A DNA stretch of 64,000 nt from Candidatus Limnocylindria bacterium (GCA_046715765.1 JBKJYH010000046.1:9-64008); one strand, 5' to 3'. Shown: positions 41,567 through 52,268, numbered from the stretch's first letter. Notes: generated by a model not told the origin, from the sequence alone. Numbers and translations: made by a program.

Positions 41567-42295
41567 ATGCCAGCCGACCGCAACCTGTTGCTCCACCTGG
41601 ACGTGGTGACGCTCTTCCCGGAAATCTTCGAAGCGCCGCTCCACGCGTCGGTCGTGGGCAGGGCAATCGACAACGGGCTCATCTCGGTGACGATCCACGA
41701 CCTCCGCCTGCACGGGCTCGGACGGCATCGCAGCGTCGACGACTATCCGTACGGCGGGGGAGCGGGGATGGTGTTGCGACCCGAGCCAATCTTCGCCGCC
41801 GTGGAGCCGCTGCGGGAGGCGGGCGCCCATGTCGTGCTCTTGGATCCGGCCGGGGAACGGCTCAGCGATCCGGTTGCGCGGCGGCTCGCCGGCAGACGAC
41901 GCATCGCGCTGATCTGCGGCCGGTACGAGGGAGTTGATGAACGGGTTCGGACGCTGGTGGACCAGGAAGTGAGCATCGGTGACTACGTCTTGACGGGCGG
42001 GGAACTCCCCGCACTGGTGCTGATCGACGCCGTGGCCCGCCTGGTCCCCGGCGTGATCCAGGAAGAATCCCACCTCGGGGACTCGTTCGTCGGTGGGCTG
42101 CTCGAGGGTCCGCAGTACACCCGGCCGGAACGATTCCGAGACCTTGAGGTGCCGACGGTGCTGCGGTCAGGGAACCACGCCGAGATCGCGCGCTGGCGGC
42201 GGATGGAGGCGCTGCGCCGAACTGCCCACCGACGGCCGGACCTGTTCGACGCATCCGCCCTGACCGATGCGGAGCGTGCCGACCTCGATCCATAG
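41567..42295 (+). CDS. trmD: tRNA (guanine37-N1)-methyltransferase
   Basis: SPOUT knot motifs (VVTLFPEIF..YPYGGGAGMV..GRYEGVDERV). Confidence 0.9.
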   Translation: MPADRNLLLHLDVVTLFPEIFEAPLHASVVGRAIDNGLISVTIHDLRLHGLGRHRSVDDYPYGGGAGMVLRPEPIFAAVEPLREAGAHVVLLDPAGERLSDPVARRLAGRRRIALICGRYEGVDERVRTLVDQEVSIGDYVLTGGELPALVLIDAVARLVPGVIQEESHLGDSFVGGLLEGPQYTRPERFRDLEVPTVLRSGNHAEIARWRRMEALRRTAHRRPDLFDASALTDAERADLDP

Positions 42296-42336
42296 TCGGG
42301 CGGCCCACGTTGGAGGAGCGGGCAACTCGGCGCACA

Positions 42337-42363
42337 TTGCCACCTCCCGCGCGCTGCTATACT
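42337..42363 (+). promoter_or_regulatory. rplS promoter (TTGCCA-15/16-TATACT) followed by about 110-nt structured leader
   Basis: Hexamers read from sequence; the GCTATACTCGG motif. The leader holds the hairpin GCCCCC-AAAACGC-GGGGG. Confidence 0.45.
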
Positions 42364-42473
42364 CGGCCTCGTCGCGGCCGCATGGCGGTCGCGTCCCAGC
42401 GTCTGCCCCCAAAACGCGGGGGTGCGCCACGGGTAAGCGGCCAATACGCCGCCGGTAACGAGGACCTCCCACC

Positions 42474-42824
42474 ATGGGCCTGATCGACGAGATCGAGCGA
42501 GAGCAGATGCGCGCCGACGTTCCGGAGCTTGCGTCCGGGGATACGGTCCGCGTCTCGGTGAAGGTGGTAGAGGGTGGCCGCGAACGAATCCAGGTGTTCG
42601 AGGGAACGGTCATGCGTCTGCGCGGCGGCGGCCTCAACACCCGGATCACGGTGCGCCGCATCGCCAGCGGCGTCGGCGTGGAGCGCACCTTCATGGTTCA
42701 CGCGCCACGCGTGGACAAGATCGAGGTCGTACGCCACGGCGTCGCTCGCCGAGCGCAGCTCACCTTCCTGCGGAGCCGGGTCGGGAAGGCTGCGTCCCTG
42801 CGCGAACGCCGAAGCAGCCGCTGA
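42474..42824 (+). CDS. rplS: 50S ribosomal protein L19
   Basis: [24 protein letters not shown].. Confidence 0.9.
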   Translation: MGLIDEIEREQMRADVPELASGDTVRVSVKVVEGGRERIQVFEGTVMRLRGGGLNTRITVRRIASGVGVERTFMVHAPRVDKIEVVRHGVARRAQLTFLRSRVGKAASLRERRSSR

Positions 42825-42901
42825 CCCGGATGCCCGGTTCCGGCCGGGGGGCCGCCCCCTCCTGGCCGATACGGCGCCAGGGGTCACCCCGCGACGCTGG
42901 C

Positions 42902-43570
42902 ATGCTTCACGAGCGCGAGCTGCAGCTTGCTGGCTTCCATCGGATCGCGGGCATCGACGAGGTCGGGCGCGGCTCTCTGGCAGGCCCGGTGGTGGCCGCG
43001 GCGGTGATCCTGCCGGAGCGTCACCGGATCCGGGGCCTGCGCGACTCGAAGGTCCTCTCGCGGACGCAGCGCGAGAGCCTGTACCAGCTCATCCTCGACC
43101 GCGCGACGGCGGTAGGGGTCGGCTGTGTGGAGGTCGAGGTGATCGATCGGGTCAATATTCTCGAGGCGACGAAGCTCGCCATGTGCCAGGCCATAGCACG
43201 GCTCGCCCAACCGCCGGATCACCTGGTGATCGACGCGCTCAGCCTGCGCGACATCGAGCTTCCGCAGCGGCCGATCATCGACGGGGACGCAATCAGCGCC
43301 TCGATCGCTGCAGCGAGCATCGTGGCCAAGGTGACGCGCGATCGGATCTGCGTCGAACTCGACCAGCGCTACCCCATCTATGGGTTCGACCGGAACAAGG
43401 GGTACGGGACGCCGCTGCACCTCGACGCGCTCGCCTCCGAGGGCCCCTGTGCGTGGCATCGGCGGACCTTTTCACCGATCCGTCAGCTCCTCGCCGGCGA
43501 GCAGTTGACCCTGGAGATGCTGCTCGATCTGCCGATCCTGAGCGACGAGGAGATCGACCGCTCCGACTGA
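42902..43570 (+). CDS. rnhB: ribonuclease HII
   Basis: IAGIDEVGRGSLAGPVVAAAV active-site motif. ATG 42902 preferred over the longer ORF. Confidence 0.85.
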   Translation: MLHERELQLAGFHRIAGIDEVGRGSLAGPVVAAAVILPERHRIRGLRDSKVLSRTQRESLYQLILDRATAVGVGCVEVEVIDRVNILEATKLAMCQAIARLAQPPDHLVIDALSLRDIELPQRPIIDGDAISASIAAASIVAKVTRDRICVELDQRYPIYGFDRNKGYGTPLHLDALASEGPCAWHRRTFSPIRQLLAGEQLTLEMLLDLPILSDEEIDRSD

Positions 43571-43609
43571 ATGGGCGGTTGCCCGACCTGGGCGGGCGAG
43601 GCCTGATGC

Positions 43610-43981
43610 GTGGCTGATCCGCGCCACCTGCTCGGGAGCCGTGCCGAGGAGCTAGTGGCGCGCTGGCTGGAAAGTCGCGGCTGGCAACTGCAGGCGCGGC
43701 GCTGGAGATCGACGAACGGCGAGCTCGACTTGGTGCTTCTCGAGCCGGGGGGCGTGCTGGTCGGGGTAGAGGTGAGGTTGCGCCGGAATGACCGCGCCGG
43801 ATCTCCCCTCGAATCGGTCACTCAACGTCACCTGCAGCGACTGCGCGCCACGCTGGGTGCCTATGCCCGGCAGTACGCCACCCCCGCGACGGGCCTCCGA
43901 CTTGACCTGGTAGCGGTCCAACCCTCTAGGCATTCGGGGCACTGGGTCCTGCGCCGACTGGCCGGAATCGACTCGTGGTAG
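43610..43981 (+). CDS. yraN: YraN family endonuclease (UPF0102)
   Basis: GEDLA...W...GW.....R......GELDLV....G.L..VEVR.R pattern. Confidence 0.8.
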   Translation: MADPRHLLGSRAEELVARWLESRGWQLQARRWRSTNGELDLVLLEPGGVLVGVEVRLRRNDRAGSPLESVTQRHLQRLRATLGAYARQYATPATGLRLDLVAVQPSRHSGHWVLRRLAGIDSW

Positions 43982-43998
43982 GCGGGGCACGTCGATCG

Positions 43999-45078
43999 CT
44001 AGGGGGTGAACAGCCCCTCCAAGGCCAGGATCGATGCAACGTAGCGACGGCTGCTGACATAGATCCCATGCCGATCCGTCCCGGTCTGGCCCTGGTAGTA
44101 GGCGGCTAGGGCGAGGTCCCGATGGCCGTACCGATTCAGATAGTGGTGGATCAGACGCAGGCCGGCCCTGACATTCGAGTTGACCTCGTACAGGTTGACA
44201 GGCGCTCGCAGCATGCTCGCGGCGATCCAGTCGGCGGTGGGGGGTGTGATCTGCATGACCCCGATCGCGCCTGCGCTGCTGACCGCCGACTGCTGCCAAC
44301 CGGATTCCTGCCACGCTAGGGCGAGGGCGAGCGACGGCGGCACACCCTCAGCCAGGGCCGCCGCCTCGATCAGCCTGCCGATGCCGGCGCGACTCGCGAC
44401 GAGTCGGGCCATCTCCGACGACATGCGTGGTGAAGCGGGGTCCCCGCCGCCAATGGTCGAGGCGGACGAGGTCGGGACGGTGAGGAGCAGGCCGACCCGG
44501 ATCAGCGAGGGGTTGGCCAGCGCATTGGCACGGACCATGGCTGGGACGGTCACGCCATAACTTCGGGCGATGCTCCACAGCGACTCGCCGGCCGCGACGC
44601 GGTGCTGCCGGGCCGGGCCGGGCTGTGACGTCGGGGGCGTGGCCGTTCGCGGGATGACCAACCGCTGGCCAGGCCGGATCAGCGACGCGTCGGGAATCTC
44701 GTTGGCTGCGACCAGCGCCGCCAGGCTGACGCCGTAGCGTCGGGCGATGCCCCACGCCGACTCACCCGACCGCACCAGGTGGACCGTCGGCGCGTCTGCC
44801 GCGGTCGAGGGCTGGGGCGTTGTCATGGACGGGGTGGCGGCCGGACCGACTGCAACGCGCAACCGCTGCCCCGGCACGATGTGGTCGGGGTCGAGCAGTC
44901 CGTTGAGGGCGACGAGTTGCGCAATGCTGACCCCCTGGTCGACTGCGATCTGACCGAGCGTGTCACCAGCCTCCACGGTGACCCAGCGGTCGGCACCAAG
45001 CGCCGGGACGACCGCCAGCAAGGTGATCAGCAGCCCGGTGGCGACGGAGACGGTGACCAGGCTCCGGTGGCGACGCAT
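43999..45078 (-). CDS. LysM-repeat lytic transglycosylase (three LysM domains plus SLT domain), secreted
   Basis: LysM repeats (VEAGDTLGQIA.., VRSGESAWGIA.., VAAGESLWSIA..). SLT catalytic motif (LALALAWQESGWQQ..AIGVMQI). Start at the Met preceding the signal/TM segment. Confidence 0.8.
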   Translation of the reverse strand: MRRHRSLVTVSVATGLLITLLAVVPALGADRWVTVEAGDTLGQIAVDQGVSIAQLVALNGLLDPDHIVPGQRLRVAVGPAATPSMTTPQPSTAADAPTVHLVRSGESAWGIARRYGVSLAALVAANEIPDASLIRPGQRLVIPRTATPPTSQPGPARQHRVAAGESLWSIARSYGVTVPAMVRANALANPSLIRVGLLLTVPTSSASTIGGGDPASPRMSSEMARLVASRAGIGRLIEAAALAEGVPPSLALALAWQESGWQQSAVSSAGAIGVMQITPPTADWIAASMLRAPVNLYEVNSNVRAGLRLIHHYLNRYGHRDLALAAYYQGQTGTDRHGIYVSSRRYVASILALEGLFTP

Positions 45079-45418
45079 TGGTCCTCCGACAGCGGCCGGC
45101 GGCGGGAACGTCCCGCGTGAAGTCCGGTGATCGGATGCTAGGAGGGGGATCGCATCGGTCAAGGTACGAGCGGATGGGACCGCGGTACTGAAGTACTGTG
45201 AGGTGCGGACCGGTGCGGATTGGGTGAGTGCCGGCACTCAGAGGCCCTTTGGTATACTCGCCTACGGCTCGGCCCGCTGGTGTCCCAACCGGCACAACTG
45301 GCGGAGACCATCGACGATCACACACGTCCCATGGATCTGGCAGCCGCGGTGCCCGACGCAGGTTCGGGTGGCCCGCCGGAGTGGAGATGGGGCGGAGGCT
45401 CAACCGAAGGAGAACACC

Positions 45419-46336
45419 GTGCCCACCATCAGCATGAGGCAGCTGCTTGAGGCTGGGGTCCATTTCGGCCACCAGACTCGCCGCTGGAACCCCAAGATGC
45501 GCCGCTACATCTTCGCGGAGCGCAATGGGATCCACATCATCGACCTGGCGCAGACCGTCGAACGCCTGAACGCCGCGCTCGCCTTTGTGCGCGAGACGGT
45601 GCGCAAGGGTGACAGCGTCCTGTTCGTCGGGACCAAGAAGCAGGCCCAGGAATCCGTCTCGGGCGAGGCCCTGCGGTCCGGCCAGCACTTCGTGAATACG
45701 CGCTGGCTGGGCGGGATGCTGACGAACTTTACGACCATCAAGCGCCGGATCCAGCGCCTCGAGGCGCTGGAGGCGCGACGCGACGGCGGGGAATTCGAGC
45801 GCCTCACCAAGAAGGAGGCCGCGAAGCTCAACGAGGAGATCACGAAGCTCACTTCCGCCCTCGGCGGGATTCGCCGCATGCGACGCGTGCCCGGCGCCAT
45901 CTTCATCGTCGACCCGCACCGCGAGCAGATCGCGGTGGCCGAGGCGCGGCGCCTGGAGATCCCGATCGTGGCCATCACCGACACCAACTGCGACCCGGAC
46001 CAGATCGATTGGGTGATCCCGGCCAACGATGACGCGATCCGCTCGGTCCGGTTGATTTGCACCATGGTTGCCGACGCTGCACTCGAGGCCCAGGCCGAGC
46101 GCCAGGCGCGCCTGGACGAGGAATTCGAGCAGGTGGAGGCGCTGCCCCCGGTCGATGATTCGATGCTCACTGGAGAGGCCGACTACAGCGCGGCACTGGC
46201 GACAGGGGAAGCCCTGGTCTTCGAGCCCGAGCCGGAGGAGGACGAGGAGGAAGAGCGACGCGCCCGGGCGCGTCGTGCCACTGAATCGGCCGAAGCCGCC
46301 GATGAGCCTGAAATCGAAGAGGGTCCGGCTGCCTGA
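45419..46336 (+). CDS. rpsB: 30S ribosomal protein S2 (with acidic C-terminal extension)
   Basis: [25 protein letters not shown] start 45419 preceded by AAGGAG. The upstream ORF extension is rejected. Confidence 0.9.
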   Translation: MPTISMRQLLEAGVHFGHQTRRWNPKMRRYIFAERNGIHIIDLAQTVERLNAALAFVRETVRKGDSVLFVGTKKQAQESVSGEALRSGQHFVNTRWLGGMLTNFTTIKRRIQRLEALEARRDGGEFERLTKKEAAKLNEEITKLTSALGGIRRMRRVPGAIFIVDPHREQIAVAEARRLEIPIVAITDTNCDPDQIDWVIPANDDAIRSVRLICTMVADAALEAQAERQARLDEEFEQVEALPPVDDSMLTGEADYSAALATGEALVFEPEPEEDEEEERRARARRATESAEAADEPEIEEGPAA

Positions 46337-46385
46337 GGCCGGCGGAACTCACCGGAAGCCCACGGAAGGGATCGAGACCAAACCG

Positions 46386-47009
46386 ATGAACATCAGGGCC
46401 GAGGATGTGAAAGCGCTCCGGGATCGGACCGGCGCCGGGGTGATGGACTGCAAGCGCGCGCTCGAGGAAAGCCAGGGCGACGTCGAGGCGGCGGTCTCTT
46501 CGCTTCGCGAGAAGGGACTGGCCAAGGCAGCCAAGAAAGCGGGTCGCCAGGCGCGGGAGGGAGTCGTGACTTCGTATATCCACCACGGCGCGCGGCTGGG
46601 CGTGCTCCTCGAACTCAACTGCGAGACCGACTTCGTCGCGCGCACCGACGACTTCCAGCAGCTGGCGCGCGACCTGGCGATGCAGGTTGCCGGGCTGGCG
46701 CCCCAGTGGGTGAGCAGAGACGACGTGCCGCAGGAGAGGATCACCGAACACCGGGAGCGCTTTGCGGCCGAGGCGGCCGCCGAAGGGAGGCCCGCCGACC
46801 GCGTCGCCACGATCGTCGAGGGGAAGTTGGGCAAGTGGCTCGAATCGGTCTGCCTGCTCGAGCTTGCGTACCGCGATACCGACCGCCGGATCGGAGACCT
46901 GATCACCGACAAGATCGCCTTGTTGGGCGAGAACATCAGGGTGGCGCGATTCGTGCGGATGGCGGTTGGGGAGTCGCCTGCCGGCTCCGACGAGGACGAG
47001 GCTGCCTGA
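46386..47009 (+). CDS. tsf: elongation factor Ts (short form)
   Basis: [24 protein letters not shown]-like N-terminus; ATG 46386. Confidence 0.85.
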   Translation: MNIRAEDVKALRDRTGAGVMDCKRALEESQGDVEAAVSSLREKGLAKAAKKAGRQAREGVVTSYIHHGARLGVLLELNCETDFVARTDDFQQLARDLAMQVAGLAPQWVSRDDVPQERITEHRERFAAEAAAEGRPADRVATIVEGKLGKWLESVCLLELAYRDTDRRIGDLITDKIALLGENIRVARFVRMAVGESPAGSDEDEAA

Positions 47010-47010
47010 G

Positions 47011-47757
47011 ATGACCGGCACCCCCTCGCAGCCGACCGCACGCTACGGCCGCGTCCTGCTCAAGCTGTCGGGCGAGGCGCTGCTCGGCTCTCGCCAGTAC
47101 GGGGTCGATCCCCTGATGGTGCGCGACATCGCTGCCCAGGTCGCAGCAGGGCGAGAGCAGGGCGTCCAGGTGGCGATCGTGGTGGGCGGCGGCAACATCT
47201 TTCGTGGAGTGGCCGCCTCGGCGGCAGGGATGGACCGTGCCACCGGCGACTATATGGGGATGCTGGCCACGGTCATGAACGGTCTGGCGCTGCAGGATGG
47301 ACTCGAACAGGCAGGCTGTCCGACCAGGGTCATGTCAGCCATCGCCATGAACGAGATCTGCGAGCCGTACATCCGGCGTCGGGCCGTGCGCCACCTGGAG
47401 AAGGGCCGCGTCGTGGTCCTGGTGGCAGGCACGGGCAACCCGTACTTCACCACCGATACCGCTGCAACCCTACGCGCGGTCGAACTGACGGCCGAAGTGA
47501 TCCTCAAGGCCACCCGGGTTGACGGGGTCTACGATGCCGACCCGGAGACACACCCGGATGCGATTCGGTTCGCCGAGATTGACTACACCTCGGTCCTCTC
47601 CCAGCGCCTGCAGGCGCTGGACGCCACGGCGGTCAGCCTGGCGATGGATAACGGCATGCCGATCGTTGTGTTTGACATGACCCAGCCGGGCAACATCACC
47701 CGCGCCCTGACGGGGGAGCGGATCGGGACCCTGATCGGATCGAGGACCGAGTCGTGA
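47011..47757 (+). CDS. pyrH: UMP kinase
   Basis: [21 protein letters not shown]. Confidence 0.9.
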   Translation: MTGTPSQPTARYGRVLLKLSGEALLGSRQYGVDPLMVRDIAAQVAAGREQGVQVAIVVGGGNIFRGVAASAAGMDRATGDYMGMLATVMNGLALQDGLEQAGCPTRVMSAIAMNEICEPYIRRRAVRHLEKGRVVVLVAGTGNPYFTTDTAATLRAVELTAEVILKATRVDGVYDADPETHPDAIRFAEIDYTSVLSQRLQALDATAVSLAMDNGMPIVVFDMTQPGNITRALTGERIGTLIGSRTES

Positions 47758-48311
47758 CCCACCCCGCGCTGGCTGCGATCGAGCCGAAGATGGCACGCAC
47801 CGTCGAGGCCATGGACCGCGACCTGGCCGGGATCCGCACCGGTCGGGCCTCGACCGCCCTGGTCGAGCGGGTGATCGTGGACTATTACGGGACGCCCACC
47901 CCGCTCAACCAGATCGCCGGCATCAGCACTCCGGACGCACACCTGATCCTGATTCAGCCATGGGACCGCTCGGTCCTGTCGGCGATCGAGCGCGCGATCA
48001 CCAAGAGCGACATCGGCCTGACTCCCAACGTCGATGGCGTGGTTGTGCGGCTGAACGTCCCACCGCTTACCGAAGAGCGGCGCCGGGAGATGGTGAAGCA
48101 GGTGCGACGCAGGGCGGAGGAGGCGCGGATCGAGATTCGCAATCATCGCCGCGAGGTTGCGGACCAGCTGAAACGGGCCCTTCGCGACGCTGACCTGTCG
48201 ACCGATGAGGAACGGCGTGAACTCGAGGCCTTGCAACGAGTCACCGACCGATTCGTCGATCTGATCGACGGCCACGCCGAGCGCAAGGAAGCCGAGGTCA
48301 TGGAGGTCTGA
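47754..48311 (+). CDS. frr: ribosome recycling factor
   Basis: Typical RRF sequence and length; overlaps the pyrH stop. Confidence 0.9.
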   Translation: MTHPALAAIEPKMARTVEAMDRDLAGIRTGRASTALVERVIVDYYGTPTPLNQIAGISTPDAHLILIQPWDRSVLSAIERAITKSDIGLTPNVDGVVVRLNVPPLTEERRREMVKQVRRRAEEARIEIRNHRREVADQLKRALRDADLSTDEERRELEALQRVTDRFVDLIDGHAERKEAEVMEV

Positions 48312-48353
48312 CGGCTGGCTGTCCGGGAACATCCCCGCCACGTCGCGATCATC

Positions 48354-49007
48354 ATGGATGGCAATCGTCGCTGGGCGGCGAGTCACGGGTTGCCCGCCCT
48401 GGCCGGCCACGTGCAGGGGGTGGAGGCGATCCGGCCGATCGTGCGTGTGGCGCCCGATCGGGGAATCGAGGTCATGTCCCTGTATGTCTTCAGCCGCGAG
48501 AACTGGCGCCGCTCGGGCGACGAGGTCGCAGGACTCTTCGCGCTGATCGACGGGGCGGTCCGTCAGCACACCGACGAGTTGGTGGCGCAGGGCGTGCGGG
48601 TGCGGGTGATCGGCCGGTTGCACGAGGCGCCTGATGAGGTGCAGCGCTCGATCCGCGTGGCGGAAGAGCGCACGGCAGGCGGGAAGCGGATGGAGCTCAA
48701 CATCGCGTTCAATTACTCGGGCCGCGCCGAGATCGTGGACGCGGCCAGAGCCCTGGTGGCCGCAGGCGGCGCGCCCGACTTGATCGACGAGGAACGCTTC
48801 GCCGCGCACCTGTACACCGCCGGGCAGCCTGACCCCGACTTGATCATCCGGACCGGGGGTGAGCTGCGCACGAGTAACTTCCTGATCTGGCAGGGAGCCT
48901 ATGCCGAGCTGCTGATCTCGGCAGTCCTGTGGCCCGACTTCAGCGTGGCTGATCTCGATGCGGCCCTCGCCGAATACGCTCAGCGCCAGCGACGCTACGG
49001 GGGCTGA
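48354..49007 (+). CDS. uppS: undecaprenyl diphosphate synthase (start uncertain; conserved HPRHVAIIMDGN lies upstream of the first ATG, possible CTG start near 48315)
   Basis: IIMDGNRRWA, ..RTGGE.R.SNFL.WQ..Y.E motifs. Confidence 0.8.
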   Translation: MDGNRRWAASHGLPALAGHVQGVEAIRPIVRVAPDRGIEVMSLYVFSRENWRRSGDEVAGLFALIDGAVRQHTDELVAQGVRVRVIGRLHEAPDEVQRSIRVAEERTAGGKRMELNIAFNYSGRAEIVDAARALVAAGGAPDLIDEERFAAHLYTAGQPDPDLIIRTGGELRTSNFLIWQGAYAELLISAVLWPDFSVADLDAALAEYAQRQRRYGG

Positions 49008-49012
49008 TCCGC

Positions 49013-49870
49013 ATGCTCCGCACTCGAGTCCTGACTGCCGTCATCCTCGCGCCGATCGTCATTGGGTTGGCGCTGCTCGGCAATCCGTGGATAGGGCTCA
49101 GCGTGCTGCTGGTCAGCGTGATGGCCGGGGAGGAGCTGACCAGGCTGTTGCCACTGGCGGGCCTGCCCGTTCCGCGCTTGCCGACCCTGGCAGGGGTTGG
49201 TGCCGTCGCAGCAAGCCAGGTGGGACTCCTGGACGGGATGCTCCCGGGCAGCGAGACGGCGATCCTGGTCGCGAGTGCCCTGGGCCTCGCCGCTGTCGCG
49301 ATCCTGGGACCCGATCCGAGCGCACGCTTCCTGGGGTGGACCGGATCACTGTTCGCGATGCTGTATGCGGGGCTGCTGCCCGCCTTTCTTGTCGTGGCGG
49401 GAAGCCTGCCTGAACCGATGGGCGGCGCGTTGACGCCACTCGACCAGCTCGGCGTGGGTTCGGGCGCTGGCTGGCTGCTTGGGCTGATCGCCCTAGTGTG
49501 GGGCTTCGACAGCGGTGCGTACTTCGTCGGTCGGCGCTTCGGCAAGCGGCGCCTGGCGCCGACGATCAGCCCCGGGAAGACGGTCGAGGGCGTGGTCGGT
49601 GGGGTGCTCGCCAGCGCGATTGCTGGCCTGCTGGCCTGCTGGCTCATCGGTATCCCGTTGTGGCACGCCCCGATCCTCGGGCTGGTGGTTGGCTTGGCCG
49701 GGCAGGTGGGCGACCTCGCCGAGTCGCTGATCAAGCGCGCGGCAGGGGTCAAAGAGTCCGGGGCGCTCTTCCCGGGGCACGGCGGGATGTTGGACCGGGT
49801 GGATTCGTTCCTGTTCGCCGCGCCCGCCCTGGTTGCCTACGCAGCCCTCGTTTTCGGGGCCACGCCATGA
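49013..49870 (+). CDS. cdsA: phosphatidate cytidylyltransferase
   Basis: Polytopic membrane protein with the CTP-transferase signature (GFDSGAYFVGRRFGKRRLAPTISPGKTVEG). Confidence 0.85.
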   Translation: MLRTRVLTAVILAPIVIGLALLGNPWIGLSVLLVSVMAGEELTRLLPLAGLPVPRLPTLAGVGAVAASQVGLLDGMLPGSETAILVASALGLAAVAILGPDPSARFLGWTGSLFAMLYAGLLPAFLVVAGSLPEPMGGALTPLDQLGVGSGAGWLLGLIALVWGFDSGAYFVGRRFGKRRLAPTISPGKTVEGVVGGVLASAIAGLLACWLIGIPLWHAPILGLVVGLAGQVGDLAESLIKRAAGVKESGALFPGHGGMLDRVDSFLFAAPALVAYAALVFGATP

Positions 49871-51015
49871 TCGGGGTGGTCGTGCTCGGCTCGACTGGAT
49901 CGATCGGACGGCAGACGCTCGAGGTGATCGCGGCACACCCCAACGAATTCCTGGTGCGCGGCCTGGCCGCGGGGCGGCGCGGCCCGCTGTTCGAAGCACA
50001 GCTTGCGCAATATCCATCCGCGCGAGCCTGGAGCGCAGACGGTGAGGTCGACCCGGAGAGCAAGGAGCGCTGGGCCATGGGCGGACTGGAGGAGTTGGCG
50101 ACGCTCGACGGAACGAACCTGGTGGTGGTGGCGACAACCGGGATGGCCGCCCTGCCGGCCGTTCTGGCTGCCCTGGGCGCGGGCCGCCGCGTGGCCCTTG
50201 CCAACAAGGAAACCCTGGTGGCCGGCGGGCACTTGGTGGCGGGCCTCCTGGATCGGCTGGAGGGTGACCGACTCGACCTCCTGCGCCCGATCGACAGCGA
50301 GCATTCGGCCATCTGGCAATGCCTGCTCGGGGAACGGATCGAGAGCGTCGCCCGTCTGGTGCTCACCGCTTCGGGTGGGCCGTTTCGGGGGCGATCGGCT
50401 GCATATCTGACCTCGGTCACGGCGCGATATGCGCTGGCCCATCAGACCTGGCGAATGGGGCCGAAGATCACGATCGACTCGGCGACGCTGGTGAACAAGG
50501 CATTCGAAGCGATCGAGGCCAAATGGTTGTATCGCCTTCCCTACGATAGGATTGATGCCGTGATCCACCCCCAGAGCGTCGTGCACTCGCTGGTCGAGTT
50601 TCACGATGGCTCGTACAAGGCGCAGTTGGGGGTGCCGGACATGCGGATCCCGATCCAATTCGCGCTGACCTACCCCCGACGCCTCCCTTCCGTCGCCCGC
50701 CACGTCGCGCCCTCGGAGTGGGGCAGCCTCGAGTTCGAGTCACTCGTGCCTGGCGACTTCCCGGCGTACGCGACGGTCCGCGGGGCGGCCCTGGTTGGCG
50801 GCAACCGGGGAGCAATCCTCAACGCGGCCGACGAGGTCGCGGTAGAGGCATTCCTGGCCGGCACGATCGCGTTCCGGCGGATCGCGGAAACGATCGAAGG
50901 GGCCGTTGAGCGCTGGGGTTCAGCGAACGAACCCGACCTGGGGCAGATCGCCGCACTCGACGCTGAAGTGCGGGCCGCGCTGAGCGTTGAGCTCGGTCTG
51001 GGCGGGACTGCCTGA
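49867..51015 (+). CDS. dxr: 1-deoxy-D-xylulose 5-phosphate reductoisomerase
   Basis: VVVLGSTGSIGRQTL NADPH motif. ATGA overlap with cdsA; the longer ORF is rejected. Confidence 0.9.
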   Translation: MIGVVVLGSTGSIGRQTLEVIAAHPNEFLVRGLAAGRRGPLFEAQLAQYPSARAWSADGEVDPESKERWAMGGLEELATLDGTNLVVVATTGMAALPAVLAALGAGRRVALANKETLVAGGHLVAGLLDRLEGDRLDLLRPIDSEHSAIWQCLLGERIESVARLVLTASGGPFRGRSAAYLTSVTARYALAHQTWRMGPKITIDSATLVNKAFEAIEAKWLYRLPYDRIDAVIHPQSVVHSLVEFHDGSYKAQLGVPDMRIPIQFALTYPRRLPSVARHVAPSEWGSLEFESLVPGDFPAYATVRGAALVGGNRGAILNAADEVAVEAFLAGTIAFRRIAETIEGAVERWGSANEPDLGQIAALDAEVRAALSVELGLGGTA

Positions 51016-52133
51016 TGGACGTCCTGGTCACCATCGGTGCGTTTATCGGGCTGCTGGTGGTGTTGGTTCTCGTGCACGAGGTCGGCCATTTCCTGGTTGC
51101 CAAGCGCGCTGGGATCACCGTCCAGGAGTTTGGGATCGGCTTTCCGCCGCGCATCACCTCGGTGGTGTGGCGCGGGACGCGGTACTCGCTGAACTGGATT
51201 CCGCTCGGCGGGTTCGTGAAGATGCTGGGGGAGGACGGCGAGGCGGAGGCAGAGAAGATGCGACACCAGGGCCTCTCCGAGACCGCGGTTGACCGGGCGA
51301 TGGAGGGCGCCTTCAATCGCAAACCGGTCTGGGTTCGGCTGAGCGTGCTGTTGGCCGGCGTCGCCATGAACCTGCTGTTGGCGGTGGTGGTCTTCGCGGT
51401 GGCGTTGTCGCTACCTGTGCCGGAAGAGCGGGGTCCGTTGCTGGTGACCGAGGTGCAGGCCGACTCTCCGGCGCAGGCCGCCGGCCTGCGGATCGACGAT
51501 CAGATCGTCGCCGCCGACGGGCGGTCGTTTGAAGCATCCCGAGAACTGATCGTGTATGTGCGGTCTCGCGCCGGGGAGCGCGTTGCGCTGTCCATCCGCC
51601 GCGGCGGCGAAACGATTGCGCTGAGCGTCGTTCCCCGCGACCTGACGCCTGAGCAGGTGGCCGCCGGCCTGGGTGCGGTGGGCTTCAGTTGGCGCGCGAC
51701 GCAGATGGGTGAGTTGCCGCCGGTTGCCGCCAACCCGATCGACGCAATCGTCAAGGGCGCAACCGAGACAGCGCTGATTGCGTGGCAGATCCCAGGCGCC
51801 CTGGTTGATGCGGTCGGCGGGCTGCTCGGCCTCAACCCCGGAGCGCCGCCCCCGGTCGGACCGATCGGCATTGCCGAGGAGACCGGCCGCTTGCTTCAGG
51901 AGCCGCTGGTCCGCCAGTTGGCGTGGGTGGGGCTGCTGTCGATCAACCTGGCGGTCCTGAACATCCTTCCCTTCCCGCCGCTCGACGGCGGGAGGATTGC
52001 GGTGGTCGTGGTGGAGGCCGTGCGACGACGACGGATGCGCCCGGAGCGGGAGGCGCTGATCTACCTGACCGGCTTCGCCGTCTTGTTGACCCTGGTCATC
52101 CTGATCTCGATCCGCGACGTCCAGAACCTCTAA
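51015..52133 (+). CDS. rseP: RIP zinc metalloprotease RseP (site-2 protease, M50) with PDZ domain
   Basis: HEVGHFLVAKRAG HEXXH motif in the first TM helix, PDZ domain, LDGG motif. Confidence 0.85.
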   Translation: MDVLVTIGAFIGLLVVLVLVHEVGHFLVAKRAGITVQEFGIGFPPRITSVVWRGTRYSLNWIPLGGFVKMLGEDGEAEAEKMRHQGLSETAVDRAMEGAFNRKPVWVRLSVLLAGVAMNLLLAVVVFAVALSLPVPEERGPLLVTEVQADSPAQAAGLRIDDQIVAADGRSFEASRELIVYVRSRAGERVALSIRRGGETIALSVVPRDLTPEQVAAGLGAVGFSWRATQMGELPPVAANPIDAIVKGATETALIAWQIPGALVDAVGGLLGLNPGAPPPVGPIGIAEETGRLLQEPLVRQLAWVGLLSINLAVLNILPFPPLDGGRIAVVVVEAVRRRRMRPEREALIYLTGFAVLLTLVILISIRDVQNL

Positions 52134-52149
52134 CCGACCACCCGACGGC

Positions 52150-52179
52150 TTTGGCGGGGGGCAGGTCCCGCTGCTATAC
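52150..52179 (+). promoter_or_regulatory. nusA promoter (TTGGCG-18-TATACT)
   Basis: Hexamers read from sequence; the GCTATACTTCG motif. Confidence 0.45.
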
Positions 52180-52231
52180 TTCGCGTTGGTTTCGCCGGCG
52201 CGGACCAAATCGATAGTTGCTGCTCGATTGA

Positions 52232-52268
52232 ACGTGGGTCGGTTCGCCATCCCACGTTTTTGTTTCTG
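52232..52268 (+). terminator. intrinsic terminator/attenuator in the nusA leader
   Basis: ACGTGGG-tcggttcgccat-CCCACGT followed by TTTTTGTTTCTG, between the promoter and the nusA start. Confidence 0.6.
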
